The notes under the pieces: generated by a model
Database searches by the model: none
The model's input: only the letters and a program-made list of their open reading frames with translations
What the model was told of the DNA's origin: nothing
Part shown: positions 10,019 through 18,526 of the stretch, piece by piece
Layout: every line of letters begins with the position of its first letter
Position numbering within the stretch: the stretch's first letter is position 1
Origin: Planctomycetota bacterium
GTDB taxonomy: Bacteria > Planctomycetota > JAJSAM01 > JAJVHW01
Assembly (NCBI GenBank): GCA_965248445.1
Contig: CBDFJG010000002.1
Span: forward strand, 128,001-192,000
Direction: 5' to 3'
DNA: 64,000 nt
Position numbers and translations under genes: made by a program

Positions 10019-11329
10019 ATGATCATCCTCAGGAACATCAGCAAGCTCTACGACGGCTCGTCCGCCGGAGCGGAGGCCGTGCAGGAGCGCGTGGACGTCT
10101 TCCTCGACAGGGGCCGCGTGCACGACGTACTGCCGCACCGCGAGGACCTGTCGATCGGCGACGAGCACACCGCCGTCGACTGCTCGAGCTACACGGTCAC
10201 GCCCGGGCTCATCGACGGCCACGGACACGTGACGGCGCTCGGGTTGTCGTCCGCCGACATGGCGCTCATGGCGTCGCAGGCGGAGATGCTCTACGTCGAG
10301 AAGATCCTCCACACCACGCTGGTCGACGGCGGGACGACGACGGTGCGGGACGTCGGCGGTGCGACGCACTTCATGAAGCGCATGGTGGACGAAGGCGTGA
10401 TCATCGGGCCGCGGCTCAAGATCTCGATCTGCATGCTCTCGACCACAGGCGGACACGCGGACTTCCGCGGGCCGGACCGCTGCCACGCGACCGTCTCGAA
10501 GCTCTGGGCGTCCGGGCCGGGCCGTCCGTCCAGCATCGTGGACGGACCGTGGGAGTGCCGGAAGCGCGTGCGCGAGATCGCCGCGTGCGGCGCCGACCTC
10601 ATCAAGCTGTGCACGAGCCCGGGCGTCGCGTCGCCGTCCGACCACCTCGAGCATCGCGACTTCACGGCCGAGGAGATCGCAGCGATCTGCGACGAAGCGG
10701 CGGGCCGCGGGATGCGGGTCGCCGCGCACGCGCACAGCAAGAGCGGCATCGAACTCGCCATCCAGAACGGCGTGAACGACATCCAGCACATCTCGTACAT
10801 GGACGACCGCCTGGCGGAGATGGCGTACGAGCGCGGGTGCACCGTCACGCCGACGTCGTGGGTGACCCAGGACCTGCCGAACGCAGACGGTCTGTCCGAC
10901 TTCGTCATGGAGAAGGTCAAGAAGGTTGCCGAGGTCCATGCGGCCGCGGTCGACAGCGCACGCAAGGGCGGCCTGAAGATCCTCGGCGGCACGGACCCGG
11001 TGCTCCCCGGCCAGCACGGCCGCAACTACATGGAAATCGTCGCGCTGATCCGCGACGGCCTGGACCCGCTCGCCGCGTGGCACTCGATGACGGGGCTTGC
11101 GGCGGAAGAGATCGGCCAGCACGACACCGGTGTGATTGCGGCCGGGCGCCGTGCCGACCTCCTCATCTGCGAGGGCGACGTTCTCGCGGACCCGGGGCTG
11201 CTGGACGACGGAGCACTGGTCGATGTCGTCAAGGACGGCGAAGCGTATCGCGGGGGCGTCTCCGCCCTGCCCCAGCGGCGCTTCGCGAGCACGGTCGCGG
11301 AAGCCCTCGACGGGGAGAACCGGTCATGA
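10019..11329 (+). CDS. Metal-dependent amidohydrolase (prolidase-like group)
   Basis: PGLIDGHGH, GTTTVRDVG, DLIKL, AAHAH, GTD, and GRRADL motifs. Confidence 0.92.
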   Translation: MIILRNISKLYDGSSAGAEAVQERVDVFLDRGRVHDVLPHREDLSIGDEHTAVDCSSYTVTPGLIDGHGHVTALGLSSADMALMASQAEMLYVEKILHTTLVDGGTTTVRDVGGATHFMKRMVDEGVIIGPRLKISICMLSTTGGHADFRGPDRCHATVSKLWASGPGRPSSIVDGPWECRKRVREIAACGADLIKLCTSPGVASPSDHLEHRDFTAEEIAAICDEAAGRGMRVAAHAHSKSGIELAIQNGVNDIQHISYMDDRLAEMAYERGCTVTPTSWVTQDLPNADGLSDFVMEKVKKVAEVHAAAVDSARKGGLKILGGTDPVLPGQHGRNYMEIVALIRDGLDPLAAWHSMTGLAAEEIGQHDTGVIAAGRRADLLICEGDVLADPGLLDDGALVDVVKDGEAYRGGVSALPQRRFASTVAEALDGENRS

Positions 11330-11769
11330 GCCACGAGGTCCTGAGGGTGTTCGTCCGTCCCGACAAGAGCGTGCCCGCCGAGGAGCGCGCAGAGATCGAA
11401 CTGGTCGCGGACCACGGTGTTGAGGGCGATCACGGCATCAGCGGCAAGCGGCACGTCACGATCGTGCTCCGTGAGGACTGGCGCGAGGCGGAGGAGGAGC
11501 TCGGCATCGACGTCGATCCCATCGCCCGGCGCGCGAACGTCCTGATCTCCGGCGGCGGCGGCGGGCAGCTGATCGGAAAGCGGCTGCGCGTCGGCGCCAC
11601 GCTCCTTGACGTGCAGGGCGAGGTGTCTCCGTGCGGATTGATGGAGCGCCGCGCGGTCGGCCTCCGGAAGGCGCTGGAGCCGAACTGCCGCGCCGGCGTG
11701 TGGGCGCTGATCGTCGCGGGCGGCAGCCTGCGCCCAGGCGACGCCGTCGAGATTCTCACGTCCGGCTGA
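11326..11769 (+). CDS. MOSC domain protein
   Basis: GVEGD...RHVT, RRANVLI, PCGLM with the conserved Cys, GGSLRPGD; ATGA overlap with the amidohydrolase. Confidence 0.85.
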   Translation: MSHEVLRVFVRPDKSVPAEERAEIELVADHGVEGDHGISGKRHVTIVLREDWREAEEELGIDVDPIARRANVLISGGGGGQLIGKRLRVGATLLDVQGEVSPCGLMERRAVGLRKALEPNCRAGVWALIVAGGSLRPGDAVEILTSG

Positions 11770-11863
11770 AGTTCTCGGCTCCCGCGCGCGATGAATCCCG
11801 ATGCGGCTCTTCGCCTGGCCGCAGGCCGGCGATGCGCCTCGGATCGCACACGAGGAGGCCCCG

Positions 11864-12922
11864 GTGACCGGCATCAACCGTCTGTTCTTCCCGACACTTC
11901 TGGCGCTTGCGTGCGCGCTGCCCGCGTGCAGCACGCGCGGCGTGCCGCGCCCGATCCCCGAGCGCGCACTGGTGCGCGTTCCGGCGACCGGCCTCGCGAC
12001 GGGCTCGCCGCTCGCGCCCAAGGCAGCGGTCTCGCGGATCCCGCGGCACAACGATCCGCTGGCGAACTCCACCGTACTCGAGGAGAGCGGCGGGATCCGG
12101 ATGCTGGACGGCCGCGCGCCGGTCGGACCGCACTTCACACCGGCGTTCCGGACACACGCCGCGGCGCACGAGTGCGAGCGGTACGTCCACACGCTGACCG
12201 CGCGGACGAACGCCCGGCGGAACCTCCCGCCGGTCCACTCCCCACCGGTTCGCCGACACCCGCCGGTGCGCGCGCCGCAGGGCATACCCACCGCCGTGGT
12301 CGGCACCGCCCCCGTGACGGGGCGGGTACCCGCCTCGTTCCGGCCGTCGAGCACCGTGACCGTCCCCCCGCGCACCACGTCCGTGGTCACGCCCTGGACA
12401 GCGCCGCCGCGACCGGTCGTGCGGACGCCTGTCACCAGCCGTCCGGCCACTCCTGTCGTCGCGCCCATCTCCTTCCCCGTCGTGTCGACGCCGACGGAGG
12501 TGGTTCCTCCGTTCTCGCTCTCGTCCGTGCCCTCGCACCTTCGCAATCTGAACGCGCTCCAGGCGCAGGAGGAGCGGCTGGCCGACCAGTCGATCGCGAT
12601 CTCGATGGAGCGGCGCGCCGTCTTGCGTGTCGCCACCGCGATCCGCGAGCACCAGACCCGCAACTCCGCGAGCACACGTGAGACGCTGGACGACGCCTTC
12701 CGCGAGTACCAACAGGGCGGCGGCGGTCGACTCTCGCTCACTTCGGGCGCGAACGCGTTCGCATCGGCGGAGCCTGTTGTCCGCAGCCGCTTGGACGCCG
12801 TGAACAACGAACGCAAGGCGGTCACGCGCCTGATCGTGGCGCTCAGCACGTACCAGCAGAGCCCGTCCAACTCGAACGGCCTCGCCGTCGCGAACGCCGT
12901 GGAGAAGTACCACCAGCGCTGA
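11864..12922 (+). CDS. Hypothetical lipoprotein with a Pro/Val/Thr-rich region
   Basis: RBS GAGGAGG before GTG; lipobox-like LACALPA-C; long PVT-rich linker and helical C-terminus. Confidence 0.6.
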   Translation: MTGINRLFFPTLLALACALPACSTRGVPRPIPERALVRVPATGLATGSPLAPKAAVSRIPRHNDPLANSTVLEESGGIRMLDGRAPVGPHFTPAFRTHAAAHECERYVHTLTARTNARRNLPPVHSPPVRRHPPVRAPQGIPTAVVGTAPVTGRVPASFRPSSTVTVPPRTTSVVTPWTAPPRPVVRTPVTSRPATPVVAPISFPVVSTPTEVVPPFSLSSVPSHLRNLNALQAQEERLADQSIAISMERRAVLRVATAIREHQTRNSASTRETLDDAFREYQQGGGGRLSLTSGANAFASAEPVVRSRLDAVNNERKAVTRLIVALSTYQQSPSNSNGLAVANAVEKYHQR

Positions 12923-12991
12923 CCTGCACGCGGGTGCCCGGACGTGGCTGTTTGGGGCGGGGCGCTGCCCCGCCCGCGACCGTTCGGCCAC

Positions 12992-15900
12992 CTACCGAGC
13001 GGGACCGCGGAGCAGCAGCGACGCCCACGCGGGCACCGCGCCCTCGCGGCTCGTGTCGGCCGCACGCAATTCGAGCTTCGCGCGACGGAGCGCGGCGGCG
13101 GCGTCCTTGTCCTTCGCGAATTCGCGCTCGAACGCAGCGGCGAGCGCGTCGGTGGCCTGGGCGCCGCCGCGGACCGGAACGAGTGCGGAGCGGGCGCGAG
13201 GAACGTAGCGCTCCTCGAACGGCGGCGGACCCTCGGTAGCCGGCAGCTCGTGGCGATCGATCCACTCCGCCGCGCACGTGACGACCGAGAGCGGCGCACG
13301 CTCCAGCAGCAGCCGGCCATTGACGGGCACCAGGTCCCACGGTGCGCGCAAGTAGGGCTCATCGACGAGGAGCACGAGCGACTCTCCCTCTGCCACGTCC
13401 AGCGTGCCCGCCGGGAACGCCGCGCCGAGGGCTCCCGCCGCTTGCTCGACGTCGGCGCGTGTGCCCCGCAACGCCGCGGCGAGAAGGAGGTTGAGGGCGT
13501 CGCCGAGACCCGCTGCCTGCTCCACAGTTGGACCGTCAGCGTCCAATCGGACCACGAGTTCGCTCTGGCCGACCACGAGAGGAGCGACGAGCACCGCCCG
13601 TTCGAGTGTCGAGGTGTACATCTGCGTTTCGCGCGGCGACTGGCCCGCGTATGCGTCTGCCAGCGGCAACAGGGTGCGCGCGGCGGCAGCGTCCCGGTGC
13701 GTCAATGCGCGCCGGATCCCGAACTCCACAGCGCGGCGGCGCATCTCGGGATCGACCGCGCCGAACTCGTCGGCGATGCCCGCCCAATCGTTGACGTCTT
13801 TATCCGGTTGCAGCGCGGTCTCGATCTCTCCAGCACGTACGAGGTGATCGAGCGCCCCGAGGCGCGGGCTGTCGTACTTCAGCGCCGGCATCCTTCCCGA
13901 CCCCTCCGAATAGGACTTGAGCAGCGCTCGCGCGTCCTCAACCGGGAACTCCCCGACTTGTTCGAGCGCGACCTCGCGATACGAAGGCGGCATCACACCG
14001 GACGGATCCGGCACGCGTTCGATCCCTGCGAAGTACATGTCGGAAGTTGTCAGGAACCGGTCGATGTGCGCGTCGATGAGCGCATCCTCGTTCTCGAAAT
14101 GCGCCTGCGCCACGCGCAGCACGGCGCAATGCTGGGCGGTCCCGCGCTCGTTCAGCAGGCGCGCCAGGCGGATGATCTCGACGCGGATCTGGTCCGACAG
14201 TCCAGGTGATCCGCCGCCGGCAAGATGCGCGGCGGCGCGTTCGCGCAGGCGCAGCGCGCGCAGCGGGTAGTCGTCGGCCTCCTCCGCGTCCGCCCACGAC
14301 ACGAGGATGCTCGCCGCCGTCGGTCCCTGCGCGCCCCGCCGGCCCTGCGTGGCGTAGGACAACGCTGCAGAAAACCGCTCGCGGGCCGCCGGGAACTCGC
14401 CGCGGGCGGCGAACAGCCGGCCGGCCACCTCGCCCAGCGCGTCGCGGCGGGCTCGGCCGAGTGAAGCCTCGGCCTGCTCGACGACCTGCGCCGCCCCGTC
14501 CAGGTCAGCAGCGTCGATCAACGCGGCGGCTGAGAGCGCGAGAACCGCCGGGGGCTGGGATGCCGCCGCGAGAAGAGCCCTCACTTCCTTGGCCGCCTGG
14601 GTTCCGCAGCCTGCTTTCGAGAGCGCGCCGGCGGCGCGAACGAGATCTGCGTCCCGCTGCCAGCGGTGGGTGCGATCCGTGTCGGCCTTGCGGCCGTGCA
14701 CGCTGGCGGCCTCGCGGTAGAGCTCGGATGCGCGGTCGTATCTCCCGAGTTCGTACGCCGCCTGCGCCGCGGTCTCCATGACGTGCGCCCGGAGTCCCTC
14801 AGGAGCGCTGCCCGAGAGCGACTCCGCAACGGCGCCGGCATCGGTGTACGCGCGCTCGTAGAGACCGAGCCGGAAGAGCGACACCGCGCGCACGCCGCGC
14901 ACGGCCGCCGCGTCCAGCACGTGGATGTTGTCCTGATCGACGCGCGAGAGAGCCGCGGTGGCCGACGTGACCGCGTCGGCGTGCCGTCCGACCGTCTGCA
15001 GCAATCCGGCATGGACATCCAGAACATGAAAGCGCTCGACGCCGAGAGCTCCGCTCTCCTCGACCAGCATTTTGCCGCGCTCGACGATCGAGAGCGCGCG
15101 ACGGGGGTCCGTCTCTCGCGTAACTGCCTGCGCGCGGTCCACCAGAAAGAGCCCCGCGCGGAGCGGGTCCCCGTGTTGGATGTACGAGGAAAGCGCGGCC
15201 TCGAACACGCGGATAGAGCGAAGGTCCGTCTCGCTGCGCCGGACCAGATGTGCCGCCAGGTGGGCGAGGAACGGCGCCCCGCCGGCGGGCCAACCTGCCT
15301 GCGCGAATAGGCCCGCGGACTCCGTGAGTCGCGCGTCATGCTCCTTGCTGAACGTGCCCTCCTCGCGCTCGAGCGTCGAAGCAGCGAGGTGCAGGAGCGG
15401 CACGACGCCTGCGGCCGGGCTGTGCGGGGGCGCGGTCACGGCGCCGCCTCTCTCCGCCAGCATCCGCAGTCCCTCGGCTCCCGGCGGCTCGGTACTCGAC
15501 AAGGCGGTCGTCGCGAGCCACCCGACCTGACCGAGTTCGGACTCCGCCGCACGCTCCTCCGGCGACCACTTCGACCAGAGTTCCACCATCCGCGGCACAT
15601 CCACCGACGCCTCGGCGCCGCCGGGCAGCGCGGCCAGCGCGCGGAGCGCGGCGAACATCTGCGCGTCGTCCGCTGCCGGCGTGCGGCGTCCGCCGAGGTG
15701 CTCGTGCAGCGCGGCAACGGCCACCCGGGCGCGGGAGACCCGCGGCGGCAACTCGAACCCCCGAAGGATCTCCGGCGCTGCCGTGGCCGCAACGCCGTGC
15801 ACGATCTCGAGCAACGTCTCCTCGTCGAGCCGCTCCGGATTCTCGATCTCCGGGATGACCGGCGCGACCCCGCCGCTTTCTACGACCGGGGGCGCAAGAG

Positions 15901-15994
15901 GGGGAACGGGGTCACCCCGGTCGTCTCCGCACGCACCGAGCGTCAGGACGGCCAGGACAGCGGCGACGAGGACCGGCCGAGAGAGCGGGAGCAT
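12992..15994 (-). CDS. TPR-repeat lipoprotein with a degenerate CHAT domain
   Basis: Lipobox LTLGA-C; TPR-like repeats (LGLYERA, LGRYDRA, RGEFPAA); C-terminal CHAT edge motifs (LVLLVDEPYLRAPWDLV, AAALRRAK, WASLLLRG). Confidence 0.7.
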   Translation of the reverse strand: MLPLSRPVLVAAVLAVLTLGACGDDRGDPVPPLAPPVVESGGVAPVIPEIENPERLDEETLLEIVHGVAATAAPEILRGFELPPRVSRARVAVAALHEHLGGRRTPAADDAQMFAALRALAALPGGAEASVDVPRMVELWSKWSPEERAAESELGQVGWLATTALSSTEPPGAEGLRMLAERGGAVTAPPHSPAAGVVPLLHLAASTLEREEGTFSKEHDARLTESAGLFAQAGWPAGGAPFLAHLAAHLVRRSETDLRSIRVFEAALSSYIQHGDPLRAGLFLVDRAQAVTRETDPRRALSIVERGKMLVEESGALGVERFHVLDVHAGLLQTVGRHADAVTSATAALSRVDQDNIHVLDAAAVRGVRAVSLFRLGLYERAYTDAGAVAESLSGSAPEGLRAHVMETAAQAAYELGRYDRASELYREAASVHGRKADTDRTHRWQRDADLVRAAGALSKAGCGTQAAKEVRALLAAASQPPAVLALSAAALIDAADLDGAAQVVEQAEASLGRARRDALGEVAGRLFAARGEFPAARERFSAALSYATQGRRGAQGPTAASILVSWADAEEADDYPLRALRLRERAAAHLAGGGSPGLSDQIRVEIIRLARLLNERGTAQHCAVLRVAQAHFENEDALIDAHIDRFLTTSDMYFAGIERVPDPSGVMPPSYREVALEQVGEFPVEDARALLKSYSEGSGRMPALKYDSPRLGALDHLVRAGEIETALQPDKDVNDWAGIADEFGAVDPEMRRRAVEFGIRRALTHRDAAAARTLLPLADAYAGQSPRETQMYTSTLERAVLVAPLVVGQSELVVRLDADGPTVEQAAGLGDALNLLLAAALRGTRADVEQAAGALGAAFPAGTLDVAEGESLVLLVDEPYLRAPWDLVPVNGRLLLERAPLSVVTCAAEWIDRHELPATEGPPPFEERYVPRARSALVPVRGGAQATDALAAAFEREFAKDKDAAAALRRAKLELRAADTSREGAVPAWASLLLRGPAR

Positions 15995-16076
15995 GCGACG
16001 GACAGTACCAGCACCGGGTACCTTCGAAGGCCTCGGCACAAGCGGCGTCCCCGCGCCGAGACAGGAGGGCCGTGGC

Positions 16077-17069
16077 GTGAAGATCGGGATGAGCTACACC
16101 GCATGGGTGCTGCACCAGCAGTCGCGGCACCCGGGCGCACGAGGCGAGTTGTCGACGCTGCTCACTCATCTCGGATTGGCCGCGCGCATGATCGCGCACC
16201 GGGTCAGTCGTGCGCCGCTCACCGGTCTGCTGGGCGAAGCCGGCGAGACCAACGTCCAGGGCGAAGAGCAGGCGAAGCTCGACATCGTGGCGGACGAGTT
16301 GTTCCTCGACGCGATGCAGGCGTCCAACCTCGTGTCGGCGCTCGTCTCCGAGGAGCGCGAGGAGCCGGCCCACCTGACGGAGAACTGGGACCGCGGCTAC
16401 TACACGGTCTTCTACGACCCGCTCGACGGCAGCTCGAACATCGACGTGAACGTCACCGTCGGGACGATCTTCGGGATCTACCGACACCGGCCGAACGATC
16501 GCGGCCGCCTGGAAGACCTGCTGCGCCCCGGCCGCGAGCAGGTCGCCGCCGGCTACGTCATGTACGGCGCGTCCACCATCCTCGTGCTCGCGACCGAGGA
16601 CACCAAGGTGCAGGGGTTCACGCTGAATCAGGAGATCGGCGAGTTCTTCCTGACCCACGCCGACATGCAGATGCCCGAGGTCGGCAAGAGCTACAGCGTC
16701 AACGGTTCACGTTCGCAGTTCTGGGACGACGCCACGAGGCAGCTCGTGGACCGGTTCCGGCAGGGCGAGGCGGAGGGCGCGAAGCGCACAGCCCGCTACG
16801 TCGGATCGCTGAGCGCGGACTTCCACCGGACGCTGCTCAAGGGCGGCATCTTCATGTACCCGGGCGAGCTACAGAAGCCCGATGGCAAGCTCCGGCTGAT
16901 GTACGAAGCAGCTCCGCTGGCGTTCATCGCAGAGCGCGCCGGTGGCGATGCCGTCGACGGCCGCATCAGCATCCTCGACAAGATCGCCACCAAGCTGCAC
17001 GAGCGCACGCCGCTGTTCATCGGCAGCAAGGTCGACGTCGACGAGGTCCGGCGCGGATTGCAGCGCTAG
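16077..17069 (+). CDS. fbp: Fructose-1,6-bisphosphatase class I
   Basis: NVQGEEQAKLD, VSEE, DPLDGSSNIDVN, RYVGSLSADFHRTLLKGGIFMYP, KLRLMYEA; RBS AGGAGG. Confidence 0.97.
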   Translation: MKIGMSYTAWVLHQQSRHPGARGELSTLLTHLGLAARMIAHRVSRAPLTGLLGEAGETNVQGEEQAKLDIVADELFLDAMQASNLVSALVSEEREEPAHLTENWDRGYYTVFYDPLDGSSNIDVNVTVGTIFGIYRHRPNDRGRLEDLLRPGREQVAAGYVMYGASTILVLATEDTKVQGFTLNQEIGEFFLTHADMQMPEVGKSYSVNGSRSQFWDDATRQLVDRFRQGEAEGAKRTARYVGSLSADFHRTLLKGGIFMYPGELQKPDGKLRLMYEAAPLAFIAERAGGDAVDGRISILDKIATKLHERTPLFIGSKVDVDEVRRGLQR

Positions 17070-17096
17070 CCCGCAAGGCACGGGCGCGGCCCGCCC

Positions 17097-17741
17097 CTAC
17101 CTGGGACGCAACGAGCCGAGCAGCGCGTCGAATTTCTCCTCGTTCGCATCGAGGAGCTCCACGGGTCCGACGAGCTTGATGAACACCGAGTCGCCACCGT
17201 TCTCGACGACGGCCGCGAGTAGTCGCCACGCATCGGCGTTCAGGGCGTCGCCCTGGCCAGGCATCGCCTGTGCCGCGAACGTCCCGCGCACGGACGCACG
17301 CGTGATGCGCAGTCCGTCGTGCTCGCTCTCGGCGACGTCCGCGGCGTCGCGCGACGAGCTGCCGTCGGCCTGCCGGAACTGACCGATCCAGCGGTCCACG
17401 TTCGCCTGCGTTCCGCCGCCGATCCCGATGTAGACGATGCAGTGGACCGGAGACCCGGCTGCGGCGTCGCCGATCACGAACTGCGCGGCGCGCATGCGGC
17501 TCGATCCCGCTTCCTCGAGCCAGCCTTCGGGCACGGTCCATGTGACGGATGCCTCGCGGGGCACGGGCGGCGGCTTGGCCGTCGTCCGGGGCGCGATGGG
17601 GGGCGCTCGCAGAGGCGGCGTGTCCGTGGTGGGCGCAACCGGCGGCGGGCCCCCGGGTGGAGCCTTGGGCGGCGCTCGCTCGTCGGAGCACGCGACCGAA
17701 GTCGCTATTACGAGGGTCAGCGCGAAGTGGGCGAGCCGCAT
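17097..17741 (-). CDS. Hypothetical lipoprotein
   Basis: Lipobox SVA-C, Pro-rich linker, then WTVPEGW...MRAAQF...GGGTQANVDRWIGQF...FIKLVGP. Confidence 0.75.
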   Translation of the reverse strand: MRLAHFALTLVIATSVACSDERAPPKAPPGGPPPVAPTTDTPPLRAPPIAPRTTAKPPPVPREASVTWTVPEGWLEEAGSSRMRAAQFVIGDAAAGSPVHCIVYIGIGGGTQANVDRWIGQFRQADGSSSRDAADVAESEHDGLRITRASVRGTFAAQAMPGQGDALNADAWRLLAAVVENGGDSVFIKLVGPVELLDANEEKFDALLGSLRPR

Positions 17742-17806
17742 GCTGCGGGATGGTACTGCTGCGAGATGGAACGGGTCCCGCCCGAACCCGTACTATCCGC
17801 GACCCC

Positions 17807-18415
17807 ATGCAGCGGCAGCTCACCGTCCTCGTGCTCGCCGCGGTCGCCCTCGCGGCCGCTCCCGGTTGCTCGACCGCGGAGAAGCGGCTGGGACCCCGGG
17901 ATGCCGCCGAGCCCGGGAGCGCGGAGGTCGAGACCCCCCAACCCATCGCAGCGCCCTCCGCAGCTGCGCCCGGGGTGCCCACTGCGCCGGTGGCGCCGGC
18001 GCCGCCGGGAGCCGAGCCGGAGACGGCGGCGCGGGAGGTCGAAGCCTCACACATCGTGGTCGCCCACATCCTCATCGCCCACGAGGGCTCCGACCTCGTG
18101 GGCGTGACGCGCAGCATCGAGGGCGCAGGACGGCTGGCGGCGCGCGTCCTCGAACGAGCCGAGCGCGGAGAGGACTTCACCCGACTGGCCGTGCTCCACA
18201 CGGACGACCTCGAGAGTGACGGTGCTTACTACCTGGCCAACTGGGGCGTGGCCCACCAAGGGCGGGGCGAGATCGACCGCGCGGCGTTCCTGCGGCGGTT
18301 CGGGCGGGACGTCTCCGACGCGGCGTTCGGGCTCGAAATCGGGCAGACCACCCTGGTCGGCCACGATCCGAGCCGAGCTCCTCTCGGATACAGCATCCTC
18401 CGCCGCGTACGCTGA
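17807..18415 (+). CDS. Parvulin-like peptidyl-prolyl isomerase lipoprotein (divergent)
   Basis: Lipobox APG-C; HILIAH, GEDFTRLA, AAFGLEIGQ, GYSIL. Confidence 0.75.
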   Translation: MQRQLTVLVLAAVALAAAPGCSTAEKRLGPRDAAEPGSAEVETPQPIAAPSAAAPGVPTAPVAPAPPGAEPETAAREVEASHIVVAHILIAHEGSDLVGVTRSIEGAGRLAARVLERAERGEDFTRLAVLHTDDLESDGAYYLANWGVAHQGRGEIDRAAFLRRFGRDVSDAAFGLEIGQTTLVGHDPSRAPLGYSILRRVR

Positions 18416-18526
18416 CAGCGCGTTGAACGACTCGGCGGGCCACCTGCCTGCGACGATTGTGTGACACGCTGAAGCGAGTCTGTTCGTCCGAAGGCCTGGA
18501 GGCGTCCATCAGGTGGGAGGTGGATC

